DNA of 64,000 nucleotides from the NCBI RefSeq assembly GCF_963853765.1, contig NC_088855.1, forward strand, positions 34,100,001-34,164,000, written 5' to 3'. Below are positions 24,701-38,623 of this stretch, piece after piece; the stretch's first letter is position 1; every line of letters begins with the position of its first letter. The stretch comes from Magallana gigas. Taxonomy: Eukaryota. The notes below the pieces were generated by a model. That model did no database searches. It was not told where the DNA came from and was given only the letters and a program-made list of their open reading frames with translations. Made by a program: the position numbers and the translations under genes.

Positions 24701-27700
24701 TTTTGCATTGTATAATCGAAACTCTTGTCTGAAAATATATTACAACAAAACTTGTACTTAATGATTTAGAACCCGTAATCTTTGGATTTTCAGTACACGC
24801 AGTTAAGTTATCAGAATCCTGCTTAAAAAAATCTCTGAAGTGTAAATGGCTATTCTGATTGCCAGTATCTTCTGCTAGCGAGGCGAAATTTTTGCGACTA
24901 TATTTTTTTTCTCCAATAATCTTTCCAGTAACTTAAGGATTCAGTAAACACTATTTTCATCAGAAATCCAGTTTTATGCTAACCCATTAGTGTGGGATTT
25001 GATTAGTACAGAGATTTCTTATTGATTCTAATTCTTTATGTCGAAAGAAACAGAAAGCAATGTCAATAGCTAATTTTTTTCTCGCGTAAGACAAGAAACT
25101 GCTCATGCCTTAAGTTGGTGTTTATTCCGTTAATCTCCTTGTCCCTGATGCACTTAATGCGCTCGACGGACAGAGGAAAAGCGACTGAGGCTCAACAAAG
25201 TAGGAACCTGGTGCGCTTGATTTCACAGATAGATGCGTTAATGTCATCGTCTCCAACGAGGCATGAAAGGTGGAAATAACACTGTAGTCAAATAGATTTG
25301 ATGTTATGATATATTTATCATGCAAATGCATGCCTTTACTGCCATACCAATTGGACGATTAAGGGAAGATATCGGGACTTACTGCAATTTACTCACTATC
25401 CATCTCCATGTAAACAGTTTCATCAAACTACGGGGCTTCGTTAGATATCTAATAATGGTCGAATTATAGCTCAGCGATAAATATAAATAAAAGTGAAATT
25501 TCAATTAAAACGTTTGCGCGGAGGCATTTTGGATAACAAAAAGACGGATTACTTTTAGAGCTGATCACACTCTACTCGGGAAAAACAAATTTATCAGCGT
25601 TGTCACTTTCATAAAAGGTGGCTCAGCCTCGGCGCAAAATAGTCCATGGCATTCAATGATACAGAAGCTCACCGTCAAAAGGGACGGCCTGTCATGAATT
25701 CTATATGTATGCTGCCTCGCGTATCGAATAAGATGAAAAGGACAACTCGGTTGGTATCTGTGTGATGATCAATTTCAGAAATCAGAATATCTATATACCG
25801 TACGCATACCGCGGAAATTATTCGAGGGATTATTTTCTGTTTTAGCGACTAAAAAGAACTCGCAACGATTTTCAATTTCAACCGTATTCCGCGTGACATG
25901 TTTTATCTTGTATAGTGCAGGAAACGAAATAATTCCATCATATTTTACAATACAGGATGCATGGAGAAGATTCTATTTGGATTAAAAAAAAAACAATAGG
26001 TTTTGTCTTGCAAATAGAATTTGCGTGAGATTTTAATCAAAATATAATTAAAATTCCATCCTTTTCCTTTGTACATGTATCTGGTTAAAACAATTTCGTT
26101 TGAAGTAGAATGTCGTCTTCTCAATCTTATTTAGGATAAATATTGGATTTTTAAGACACTCTAGATTGACAGATTTTGGAGATTCGGTCTATATGAACGT
26201 ATACAGGCGTATCAAATCACAGAATCGGTAGGCGCCTAATTTCATTTTCTAGGAACAATTACCGCTAAATCAAATTCTAACCACAGACATGACCAAACTG
26301 CAATTTTTCACCAATTTTTCTTTTATTTGTATTTCAGTGGTCCTAGACTGATTTTGTTTTGAATGTTTTTCCATTCAGTACGCATTTAATTCAATTTTAG
26401 TAGACATTGGGAAGGAAAAATCAAACTAGAAACTTCCTTCAAGTTGCTGAGGGGAAGGGGGGGGTGTCGAAAAAATTCTAAGGAGCATCTTGCTTTATGT
26501 ATTGATTCTAACATATAGCACATTTTTATCTAATTGAATATTTTTTTTGAGCCTTCATTAACTCATGAGAAAAAAAAATCAAAAAGTGATCGGCAGTTCT
26601 CTTAGACGACCATTCATCTATTCAGATCGATTTTATTTCCACGGGATTCTCTCTAAAAGTGCTTATATACATCCTTTTTGCCAAAGCATAAAAACGAACG
26701 AAAGTCTTTAATTAACTAGATGATTTAATCGTACTCTTTGAACTGCTCACCAAAGTCGATACACTTATCGTTTATTTATCACTATTACAAAGATAAAACG
26801 AGCTGTTATTACAAAACCGATGTTTTCTCAAAAACATATGATTAGCACTTTGATATTTTTTTAAATATAAAAATTTGAAACGTACACAAAGAATTCGGTA
26901 TTAATTTCAGATATCTGAAGGGGGAAAAGCGAATTTACATGAAGCACAAATGTTTTTATACTACTCGGGCAATTAAAGAACAGCATGATAACTTAAATCG
27001 CTATTTATATCTAGAAAAGAGTTGATTAATTAGCTTAGTGCTTGAGTTTCTGACTGCTTTAGATAGTTTACTTCACAAGACTATCTCTTGATTAAGGTAT
27101 ATTTCTTTCTTGATCGTCCTTCTTAAAATAAAAAAAAAAGGTACGAGATTCTTCAAAGAAAACTCTTTGACCTACTTATGTCTTTTATATGATGGAATAA
27201 ACAGAGTGCCCGTTTGCTTTGCTTTAAATCGATTTAATAAATCATTTATAAAACTTTTAAAAGGATTTTTATTGCAATTTTTTGTGATGCAATTTTCCTT
27301 ATATACATCTGAATCATTAAGCTCGATTGATTAATTAAAATGAGAGAACTCCATTTATTTTTACATAGCTCTTTTGTCCCATTGAAAATTTGATTGCTAG
27401 TGTGTGGAGTTTAAGTTTCTTTAATCTCGTTAATTGAAAGCATGACGAAGGATTATTACGTGATAGAAAAGTGCTATTAAATAATCCAACAGTATGGTGA
27501 ACGATACTGTTCCTGGCAAAGGCACGGTAGTTTTGTATCCAGATTTTTTCTATGCCTAAAACTTAGATAAACAGCCCACAAACATATGTATAAAACATTT
27601 ACGTGTGCATACAATACATTTATCAGCGGAGAAAAATTATAGAGATCTACCAGGGAGGTGATTTCAAACACAGAACAGATGGGCATGGTGTTTGTTGTGG

Positions 27701-30700
27701 GTTTTATGTTGCTCACCTGGAATTTGCTGAACATGGTTAGCAAACAAAGTTATTTCCAGAAGAGCGAGAACGAAGACGATGCGTTGTCCGTCAACCAGCG
27801 ACACAGACTATTAATAAAGCAAATGATGTAACCTTATATACGAACTATCACTATTATCATCATTGTGCAAAATAATATTGCCACTGATGTAAGTATGAAT
27901 TGAATAACCACAAAATGCTCCAACTCCATGTTAACAACGTTTTCTGATTGATATACCAATACCTTCCAAAAATTATTATATCATAAGATCTTTTAAAAAT
28001 ATTTAAAAATATATTAATAATCTCCCTCATCAGCCCCCCTCAGATATAAAAATTAAGGAAAAAAGAACAAGGTATGAGATCCCATTTTTTTACTACTGGA
28101 ACCAGAATAATAGAATTCATTTGCTCCTAAATTAAAATTTCACTAAACATTGTTTGTAATCAATTCACTTTAACCATAGCTATGTGCAAAACTACTGTGC
28201 CGCATTTTACTTTATGGTAACGAAACTGCTGACCTTTCACTGTGATCAAACAAAACACTACATCGTTAATGGTGTTTAGCGCAGAAACCAAACAGAGGTC
28301 ATACCACTCAAGACATCTGCTTTTTCCCTCTGTTTGAAAGGGAGCTACATATATGTTGCTGAGCCTTGAGGTGATAATGAAAACTGTCATATAACAATGA
28401 TTACCTGTTTTTCACGATTTGTGGACGACATTGCTAGCAAAAATAAATTGTTTATTGGTACGTGTAATTTAAAGACATGCTTAGCATTTGATTTGCTAAT
28501 AACACTGGTATACGTTGATGTCATTTTGTTGGTAACAATTAACATATCGTCTGCCTCTTGCATGTAACTGGTAGCAAAGTGGGTGTGAATTTTATTATTT
28601 TAAGTTATTTCTAGAATATTTATTAAACGTCTATATTAATATGTCAGACATATCTATGCCTCATATATAAGCCCTACAGTACACGCAAACGAGCAATGTC
28701 GAAGTGAATATGCCAGTGTTCAATGACTTACCACAATATCTTCTCCCGACAACGCGCTACGTCCAAGCAAGAGAGCTTGACAATAAACACAGTTTTCATT
28801 ACCCTTCTAATAAGCCAGATATTTTATCATCATATCAATTTTTTATCCCTCATTTAACGATTATGATCTGTCATCAAATAAGAACGCGCTGAATATTGCG
28901 ATCCAGCAGAGTAGTTTATTGACCAAAAATCCCTCGTGGCCTTGGCTTCAGAGAGTCTAGCGGCATCATATTGAATTGCAAGGTAGTTTCTACGAAAACA
29001 AAATAACTTGCTTGAAAACACAGACGGATAAATAAAAAGCAAAATTCACAACCCACGTCTCCTAATTCGAAGTGAAAGCTCCTTCCTCTATACCTAACAT
29101 CTATTTGTGATATGGCAGTCTATATCGATACATCTCGGTGTAAAAAGCGTACATAATGCAACAATAAATCTCATATTTATCAAACATGGAGGAACTTGCC
29201 ATTAGTTCGATGTATTGCATGTGCAAAGGAAATCTTATTAAATATCAGCTCATGACAATAAGAATAGAACAATCAGTAATATTGCTTACGATCTAAAAAA
29301 AAAAATCATTCATATATATATTTTTTTTATTTATTTAAGAGATTATATTATATCATTAAATATAGAGAAAAGCGAGAGTAGAGGGATTTGTTAGTCGTTA
29401 TTAGTATTTTTAGACAAAACGAGTTACTGGACGTTTATTCTCTGGGGAAATGTCAAATTAGATGATAAAAGTTCTAAACATAGAAAACATTATAAGGACA
29501 TAACTTTTTTTCGCTAAAACATGAAAAACAGCGGTTTCGAATTTCTGCATTAAGCTTTGGATAATTATTCATAGTGGATAAAAATTGAGAAAATAAACCA
29601 TTCCAATCCAAGTGAATAAGATTACGATCAACCACACAGACCAAATTGAAAAAAAAATGAAATTCTTTCCTATGAAAATGGAGTCTCTATGCAAATAGAT
29701 TGGAACAGAATAACAACAAAAACACTTCTCGCTGGCATAAAATTGCATATAATTGGCAATTGTCATGCATGGGAAATAAAACCAAATCGCATACGGATTG
29801 AGGTTTTTTTTCTTCTTAAAAAACCTGCTGTTTTAATTGCGGTTGCGTTGTGCGAACGGCAATAGGTGGGATTATTGGTCGAACAGACTGGTTAATGGAA
29901 ATCTTTAATTCAAATTCCAAAAAGCACTACCCATCTGTCTTTGAGTGTACAACATATCATGTTATTAAACAATGGGTTGAAAAATCCATGCGATGTATTT
30001 GATAAAATAAATATTAAATATCTAATTATGGAACAGATGCACCATCGACGGCTTCAAATTGAATGTTCAGGTAACTGTTTTTGTGGGTATTTATGTATCG
30101 TCTGTCGAATATTCCCGACAACCTTTTGTCTTCTTTACACATACCTATCTCTAAAAACTAAAAATGCTGAAATACTAGTTTACCATAGCAAAAAAAAAAA
30201 CCAATATATTTTTTTTATATATGTCTACTCTTTTACACAAATAAACTGACAAGAGAAAATTAATTTCTCATATGGATTTATGATTATAAAATCTGACATC
30301 TTTTATTCATTTGGAAATTCTCGGAGCACCTTACCGTATTTTTTTTTTAACCGAGTCTCTGAACCAGGCTTATAAGAGGTTTCAAAACATACTGCCGGTA
30401 GTAGTTCTTAGGCTTTTTTTCATTCTTATGCTAAAATTAGTGAATGCATGAAGTTTAGACACAGAAGTATTTATGTATATATTGAAAAACGTGTATGAAG
30501 CAAAAAGAGATGGAAACGCCAACATGATTGGGCGTATAGGAGTAATAACGTTATTTGCATCACATGGAATATAAAGTACTGTTTCACATATTCGATGTTA
30601 ATTATGATTTTAAGAAACACTAAGTTTTTGGCATTAATATTTTCCACACATACCACAGTAGTACATGTATCTATTATCTAATGTTTAATTAGATTTTATT

Positions 30701-33700
30701 ACTGCTTTTGTAACAGTACTTGCCTAACAAAATTTTATTAACACCTTCATCCGTCTTTTAGTAATTCTTGTAAGTAAATTTGCCGATTTTTTAAACAAGT
30801 CAAGTAGAGAAAAAATTCAATCCATCCCTTGAAATTGAACAAGATGTTTGGAAATAGTAAATTAATCAATATCAAAAGATTGAGTATTAATTAAACAAAT
30901 CTTGTTTCTGAAAAAGGAAACTCGTAGAGTATAATTTTATCAAATTTATTTCTGGTTTCAGATTGGGTACTGAATGTAACTTTGCCAAGATATACATATA
31001 TAACAATGTTATTTTCATGCATAGGAATCCTTATCTGAACCGGTCAAAGACGATGTTTACGGACAATTCAGATTGGAAAACAAAAACAAATAAATTGCAA
31101 ACTTACGAGTTCAATATTTAGTCCTGTTTAACCTTTTTCTAATTCTGACATCTCCTTCGATTTAAAATTGAAATCTTTCTCAGGTTTGGGAAAAACACCT
31201 AGGATTCTAAGAAAATTTAAACTTTTCCCTGCTTTTCCCCGAGGTTTACTCACTGAGAAGTGTATAGACAAGGGTTAAACACATGTTTGCATGAATTTTC
31301 TTTTTCTCCTTTATCACTGGTCCCTCTTCGTTACTTGGATCCCAATGATTTATTTCATTCTGGACAGTATGACCCCTCGTACGGATGCTAGCAATCATTA
31401 TTTATTGATAACGGCATATCTGAATGACCCTGCTCCATGTCTATACTGCAAAAGACTCAGAGCTAAGCATTTGCTTTTCAGTAGATCAATTTTCCCAGTA
31501 AGCCTTGGATTATTAATAATGTGGAGTTTAGAATGCGGCTCTCATACTTGATAAATAATCATTGTTATAAAAAGTTGTATGGCAAGCATCGCCCAGCTGA
31601 ACAAAAATGGACTTTTCAATTTCACACCAAAACTGAAATAATATACATGTATCTCAAAATGTATCAGCTAATATATCCGTCATCGTTTGGAATCCTCACT
31701 AGGAAACAGTTTATAGCTGCAGAACTGTAGCTCCACTGGGAGTTCGAGGTGACGGGCCATGGTCCGTCTACTATAATATTCCATGAAGCTACAGTTTTGC
31801 AGCTTATTGTTCTCTCATGCGCGCTTATTTTAATTATATTCATATTCAAGATACCGTGGGTGTATTTTCCTCTTTGTTTTTGCCTCCAGTTGTAAAGCGT
31901 CACTTTTCAAATAAATATGAAATATCTGATTTTTTAATACACTTGTTTGATTTGGGGTTTTTTTTCCAGCGATTCGACCCTTCGTTACTGTTAAGACCCT
32001 TTCTTATACCAAAGGATGAATCCTTGTTTAGAAAAAATATTGAAACATTTTCGAGCTTGTTTTTTCTGTTTGGTTTTCTCAAACAAATCATACTTATCTC
32101 GGACTTTTTAAGTATCTTTCGACAACGGACATTGAATATTATAAGAGCCATACTAGTATTCGTCCATGTTCTCTGCGTATTTGTTTCAATTAAAAATAGT
32201 ATACCTTTACTTGTGATCTCCTAAAGGTCCCTTAACAAACAATTATAGACCAAGTTTGGTTAAAATTGGCTGCAATAAGGTAGTTCTGAAGAAAAGAAAG
32301 ATGTAAAGATTTACCATATAAACAGAACGTTGTTTAAAAAGCATTCGGTTCAGGTTAGCTAATATTATGATATAAATTTCGAGATACTCTTTTTTGAAAT
32401 CTCTGTACAATAGTAATAGATTTTCCTTAATCTTTGGAAGTTTCAAAATGCAGAAAAAAAGAGTCTTTAGAGCGAGAAGGGGTGTATTGCATGTGTGAAT
32501 AATTATTCCAAAATCACAAGTGGCATAACAATTTGGTTTGCATGGAAAGCTCTACCTTTGCAATTTGTTTTAAAAAAATGAATGAAACGTAGAACTTTTA
32601 GGGTTAACATATGTTTGTTGTTTCTTAACAAAAATGCATTTTCAGAATATAAATTAAAAAAATGAAAGAAAAATAATAAAAAGTTTATTCCAAAAGAAGG
32701 GCGGACTGTCATGGTGGTATTAGACATATACTAAATCAATAAGATTGTTACATTTTATATTTTCCAAAAAAAAATGTCTTTGGTATGGGATTATTATAAG
32801 TAATATAAACTTTGATTAAAAGATTTTAATATACATAACACGTATAAATAATTAAATATCTATGTTTATAAATTTTGAATAGTCACGACTTGGTTCCAAC
32901 GTTAAAAAAAATCAATGAGATTTTTAGGGTTTTTTTTTAACATTTCTTTTAAGTTTATGCCTTTCAAATTTTTTCAATCAAATGTAAAACCATGCATTTT
33001 AGGCATGATCTTTTTTCATTACACAATCAACAAATTGATTGCTGCCATTATTTTGACCTTGCACTAATTAAACCGCAATAAAAAGATGTATGTGTGAAAA
33101 ATGGCTATCATATACCTGAAGATATTAATAATTATGTAATAAAATGGATGTCTTCTCAATTTTACTTTTAAAAAAATCAATCGTTCCATGGATAATTTTT
33201 TTTAAATACTGTATGTTGGTTGACGCTTCACAAATTTATATTAACTGTTATTTTAAAAATTCAATTTCAGGAACACTAGCACTAAGGTGTCACGAATAAT
33301 AACGAAGTTGACAAAATAAAATTAATATAAATTCATCATTTGGTTTCTCATAATTACACTTGAAAAAGAAATTGACTTATTTTTCCTATCTTTTAACAAG
33401 GCGAATGAATGTATTTTTATATTAAAGTAACAATGGGAAACCATAAAAAAGGAAACCTTTGTAGGTAAATTTTGACGTGAAATCCTCAATTTTTTACAGT
33501 GTCAAAAATAAACAAATACCAATTTCACTGAGAAGTTTCATCTCTTAAAAGTATAGTTCATGAGTCATCTTTGCTTTCCTGGGTATTCAGTCGTCATTTT
33601 ATATCATTTTGAGAATTTAAATTCTTCTTTGAAAGAAATGTGCCATTACTCGTTGAAGTTTGGTTTATATATTAGAACATAAATAGTAAAATTCATAACC

Positions 33701-34275
33701 CTATCCAAATGGGATTTTGGTAAAAAAAAAATTGAAAAGTGATTTAAGCTAAATTTAGCGAACAACATGACCATAAAAAAGCAAAAGTGCATGTACCTGA
33801 ACATTAGATTTTTTGTCGCTAGGACTCCGTATGAAGATATTATTATAACAAAAATTAAATGGTGGAAAATCTGTATATACATGTATGTCCTAGATTAATA
33901 TAATACACTGTGGTTTAAATGTGCCTTGGACACAACTGCGGAATTCAAAGCCTCTAATTTAAGAACTCTTTTGATTGATTTGAGTTTTCCCCCACGCCGG
34001 AGCAAATTCGCGGGCATATTAAAAACTCAGTTGGATAAGCGGTAGTGTCACAATCACATTATTATGAAATACATGACCACTGGACATTCAAGCATTTGAA
34101 ACAACATTTTTTATAATAATGTGTGTGTCAGATCCGATTAACTTATCTTCTTTGGTTAATGTTTTTGTTGTCAGACAGAAAAATCATTTTGCTTCTGATA
34201 TTCCAGAAAAAAGCAAATAGTACTAAATATCTCCATTAGATAAATACTAGCAACGGAGTTGAAATACGATATATA

Positions 34276-34699
34276 CAGTACCGATCAGACCCAACCTAAC
34301 ACCAGAGCAAACCCAAACTAAACCCCGGGTTTACTTTTTGGGTTAACTTGGGGTTTACTCTGGGTTTACTTTTTGAAAATTTGGGTCCACTCGGGGTTTA
34401 CTTTGGGTTTACTTTGAAATTGCTTTTGAGGTCAACTGTACGCACTGAAGTGTAAAGCAGACTAGTATTTTATCTTACCATCCTACTGCCTTTAATTCCT
34501 ATCCTATGCATATTCCGAATACACAGTTATCGTCTGCTTTCAGGGGTATACTTCTGACTTGGTTTACTCTCTGTGTCCACTCTGGGTTTACTTTGGGTTT
34601 ACTTTGGGTCCACTCTAGTAAACCCGAACTAAACCCAGAAAGTAAACCCAGGGTTTAGTTGGGGTTTACTTTCTGTTAAATTGGGTCTGATCGGTACTG
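34276..34699. mobile_element. 424-bp MITE with CAGT termini (Tc1/mariner-like), rich in GGGTTTA/TAAACCC motifs
   Basis: Perfect TIR cagtaccgatcagacccaa / ttgggtctgatcggtactg. TA on the left; the right side runs into a (TG)/(TA)/(TATC)n microsatellite. Confidence 0.85.
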
Positions 34700-34711
34700 T
34701 GTGTGTGTATA

Positions 34712-34746
<35 letters not shown>

Positions 34747-35866
34747 ATATCTATCTATAAATAACAGCTGAAATACGATATATTATATCAAATAACAAAA
34801 ACTCGAAGCTTAAGCAACGCCAGGAGATTTATTCAGTTATTTAATATTTTATATTTATATTCCAGCATGAACTATTCCGGCGAACAGATTGAAGATTTGT
34901 TGTTTGATGTTTTTGATTTTTTTTTATTATTTTAACGGGGCCGATATATTAGACTTAGCGTCATAAGTCCTAAGAGAAATAGTATTTGAATAAGCAAAAC
35001 ATTTTCATGCAATATTTATATGTATGTACGCGAATTTTAGAAGGTAACTACGTTAATATTAAAGCGTGCTTGGACACAGATTTTGTTATTTATAAAAATC
35101 AATAGTCATTATGTCATACATGTACTGAGAATATTCATTTTTACGAATGAAATATCCTTGTAAAAAATGTTATCAAGTTAACCTTGATTTCAATTTGTGC
35201 ATTAAATAAAAATCATTCGAAATATTCAATTACTCAATTAAAGGTACACGTTTATCATTCAGTTGGTTAATGCTACCATGGGTTTATAATATGAGAATAA
35301 AGTTTACAATTTGAATGTCACTTTCAGAAGTTATCAAGACAATAAGCACATACTGCATGAGAGCGTGTGTCAAATGCATTAGTACGTCAACCCATTTTTT
35401 CTTCTATAATTCATTAGTAGACTGCGTTAAAAGTTTGCACAAATACTTTAAAGAGAGAGAGAACGCGCTTTACAATTTATTGATAGCCGGGTGAGCAATG
35501 TTTTTTTACAATTCATGCACTAAAGTCGTTTTTCAAACTGTTCATCATAATTTACTTTTCCAAAATTTCACAATGTGCTGAATGTTTGCAAATACTACAA
35601 GTGCGTATATACGACAGTGCTCCGATGGACTTCAGATTATTTTCTCTGTACCTTTCCAACACATTAAAAGAAGATTAAAGTTCTGTTAAGAAAGTTCATT
35701 AATTTTGTAGTGGATGCATCTAAGCAATGCATGCTTTATTAGTATCCAGTTGATGTATATTCGTGTGATATCTGACTGAAATCAATAAATAAAAAAAAAC
35801 TTTTCTTTGCAGGAGTCTTCCTTTTATTCTTCAAATTATTCTATTAAAATTGTAGATCCCTGCGCG

Positions 35867-37165
35867 ATGTCGAAGAACGGCTCTGAGATGGCAGGTGCCC
35901 CTTATACAATGGAAGAGTGTGTGACGGATCAATCCGATCCTTTGGAAGACGAGGCATATGCAGCTGTTGTGATGCTTATTATTTTTTCAGTTATTGGAGT
36001 TGCTGGCAACGCACTGGTTCTTTATGGTTTTTCTATGTTGAAGCCTAAAATGACTTCAACGATATTTATTCTTACACTGGCTGGAATCGACTTCACGTCG
36101 TGTCTGGTGACGATTCCTGCCACTGTAGCCATGGAATTAGCGACGTTCAGGGTGCCTTACGATCCTCTGTGTAAAGCCTATCATTTTCTCGTGACATCAA
36201 CCATACCTTTTTCAGCGTTTGTGATGGTAGCAATAGCGGTAGATCGCTACTATTGCATCTGTAAGCCTTTCATTCAGATCATGACAAAGTTCAGAGCCAA
36301 GGTTATCGTACTTTCCCTTAGTGTTCTCGCATTAATTATAGGTTTTGTGTCCTGTTTGAACTTTGGCGTTGTTACAAAAGAAATGGACAGGAACATTACA
36401 AACGAAACGCTCGAGATTCGAGCCCTGGAGGCGCTGCTTCCCCCGAATGATACTTTTCTGCTTGCATTTAAAAAAGGGAAATGTGCTCCTGCTCCGGTTT
36501 TGTTGTGTGGAAATCCACGAAACTTGGGGGAAACATTTTACGAAGTATATAACATCATATATGCATCGATTTACGCTACTTGTGGAATCGTTGTCATCAT
36601 CCTCTACGTTATCATCTATCATTTCATCCTTAGCCGAAGACAACGACGGCTAAGGACAGAGTCGTTTCCATGTTGCACGTTTAGCAAGCAACACGGTGAG
36701 TCGGAAAACACCGACTTTATATACATAAGTCAGGACACACAAAATACCACTGTCGATGATGCTGAAAAAGACGCTAATCTTAACAGTCCTTTGGCAAAGC
36801 AAAATAACGAAAATCATCTTAAACCAAAACAAAGTAGCGAAATTACACCAAAGTTGCGGCAAAAGAAAAAGAAAAATCACAGAAAATCAGATGCTACCTC
36901 AACGTTTCGTCTGAAGCAAGAGAGGATACGTGTTAATAACATTAAAACAGCTCTCGTGCTGTCTGTTGTGGCTCTTGTTTTCATCGCAGCGTTCCTGCCG
37001 GCGTGGTTAATGAAGCACAGGCTTGTTCCGTTCAACGTCATATCCTTTTACATGTACTTCGTCTATAACGTAGCAAACCCTTTCATTTATGCTTTTATGA
37101 ACCCCGACTTTCGACAAAAAATGGCGATTGTCGGAAAGCGAATTAAAACTCAGTTACGAATGTAA
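35867..37165 (+). CDS. Class A (rhodopsin-like) 7TM GPCR, orphan, paralog 1; uninterrupted CDS of 432 aa from ATG 35867
   Basis: Seven hydrophobic segments with TM1 GN (GVAGNALV), TM2 LAxxD (LAGID), ECL1 Cys (DPLCKAY), TM3 DRY (AVDRYYC), TM6 FLP and TM7 NPFIY. The track start at 35807 is a TTG inside a splice-acceptor tract (ttttctttgcag, ending 35812); the first in-frame ATG is at 35867. Confidence 0.95.
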   Translation: MSKNGSEMAGAPYTMEECVTDQSDPLEDEAYAAVVMLIIFSVIGVAGNALVLYGFSMLKPKMTSTIFILTLAGIDFTSCLVTIPATVAMELATFRVPYDPLCKAYHFLVTSTIPFSAFVMVAIAVDRYYCICKPFIQIMTKFRAKVIVLSLSVLALIIGFVSCLNFGVVTKEMDRNITNETLEIRALEALLPPNDTFLLAFKKGKCAPAPVLLCGNPRNLGETFYEVYNIIYASIYATCGIVVIILYVIIYHFILSRRQRRLRTESFPCCTFSKQHGESENTDFIYISQDTQNTTVDDAEKDANLNSPLAKQNNENHLKPKQSSEITPKLRQKKKKNHRKSDATSTFRLKQERIRVNNIKTALVLSVVALVFIAAFLPAWLMKHRLVPFNVISFYMYFVYNVANPFIYAFMNPDFRQKMAIVGKRIKTQLRM

Positions 37166-37683
37166 TTTTGTCTGTACAATTGGTGCTCTGATTTTAACAA
37201 ATGTGAATATTTTGGTGGAGTTACATCTCTATGTTTTGTTATATGTATATATACAAGAAAAATAGCAACGTGACACTAAAAACACTCTTTATAATATACA
37301 TGAATTTTGTAAAATTAGATGTGAATTTTTAAAATGCAAAAAATGATGAATATTTAATAATGGTAAACGAATCAGATAGCATTATTTAACTCTGACTTTA
37401 GAAATAATGACACTTTTACTCTTGTTATCATTTTATAAACTATTATTGTGAATTCTACAATATTTACTTGTTGTAATGTTATAAATATGTTTGATAAATA
37501 TGTATATAATTTTGTTGTCGAGTTATTAAAGTGATAAAAATTGTTGTCTCCTCATTTTTAAGGCTCTATGATTTTGCACATTTAACGGAATATTTAAGAA
37601 GCCGAGAACAAAAGCTATGAGTTGTTTAACGGTAAGATATCTCAAAAAATTCTGACAGGTATCTTTTATTCCATTATTACCTA

Positions 37684-38623
37684 TTAGTTCGACTAAGCTG
37701 AAAACTCAGTTGACCTTTAAGTTTCCTGATCACTTTTTGTCCGGCGTCCGTCGGTCTGTCCGTAATCTGTCTGTAATTTTTTCCGACTTCTTCTCCAGAA
37801 CCACTGGACCAGTTTTAACCACACTGGCACAAAGCATCATTGGGAAATCGGGATTCAAGTTTGTTTAAATGAATGGTTACACTCTTTTTCAATAGGAGAT
37901 TATAAAGAACAAAAAATGAAAATTGAATGGGTTTTTATCTTTTTCTCAAAATCAAATTGGCCAAAAAAACCTGTAACTTGTGTGAAAGCATCCTGAGGTA
38001 GTGTAGATTCAAATCATGATCCCCTGGGGGTATAATGGGGCCCCAGTATATATATTCTTTTAAAATCTTCTTCTAAAGCCTAGAAAAACTATTATTAACT
38101 TTAGTGAAGAGCATCCTCAGATAGTGTAGATTTAAGTTTGTCAAAATCATTATCTTTAGGGGCAAGGTCGGGCCAAATTGGGGGGGGGGGTCCAATTTTA
38201 CATAGAAAAAAGTTTTAAATTATTCTAAAAAACTCAAATTTTATAATATATGATATTTCTTATATGTTAGCATCTCGACAATTGTTTAGACTGTTGTCCC
38301 TGGACATTTCTTAGGTCCTTTAAGGAATTCATAGTTTGATGTAGATTTATACATGTATATACATGTGTATATTTGAACAGGATCTTCTTTGGAACTACAA
38401 TGCTCAATATGTGCTATGACTATGAAATCATCCTATTACTAAAGAGCTCAACGTTTAACTTGAGGATATCTGGAGAAAATTTTGAAAATCTTTTTATACA
38501 CGATCTATTACTAGTATTCTGTTTTACATCTTCCAGATATTTTTATATGACCTCATAAAGCTGATTTTATTATGGTTATTGTTCAGATGTTCAGTTGAGC
38601 AATATGGTCCATGGGCCTGTGGT
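37684..38623 (+). mobile_element. CvA/pearl-like HINE about 500 bp downstream of the GPCR1 stop codon
   Basis: 5' ttag..c.ac.aagctgaaa.ctcag hairpin, tgtccggcgtccgtcggtctgtccg microsatellite, core ttcttctccagaaccactggacc, and 3' cag.tgagc.at.tgg.ccatgggcct. Confidence 0.75.

Noticed and set aside
31817-32224. 135-aa F/L-rich ORF
   Set aside because: It reflects T-rich repeat-derived composition and has no domain pattern.
36332-36880. ORFs 36332-, 36363+ and 36650-
   Set aside because: Antisense or out-of-frame shadows of the GPCR1 CDS.
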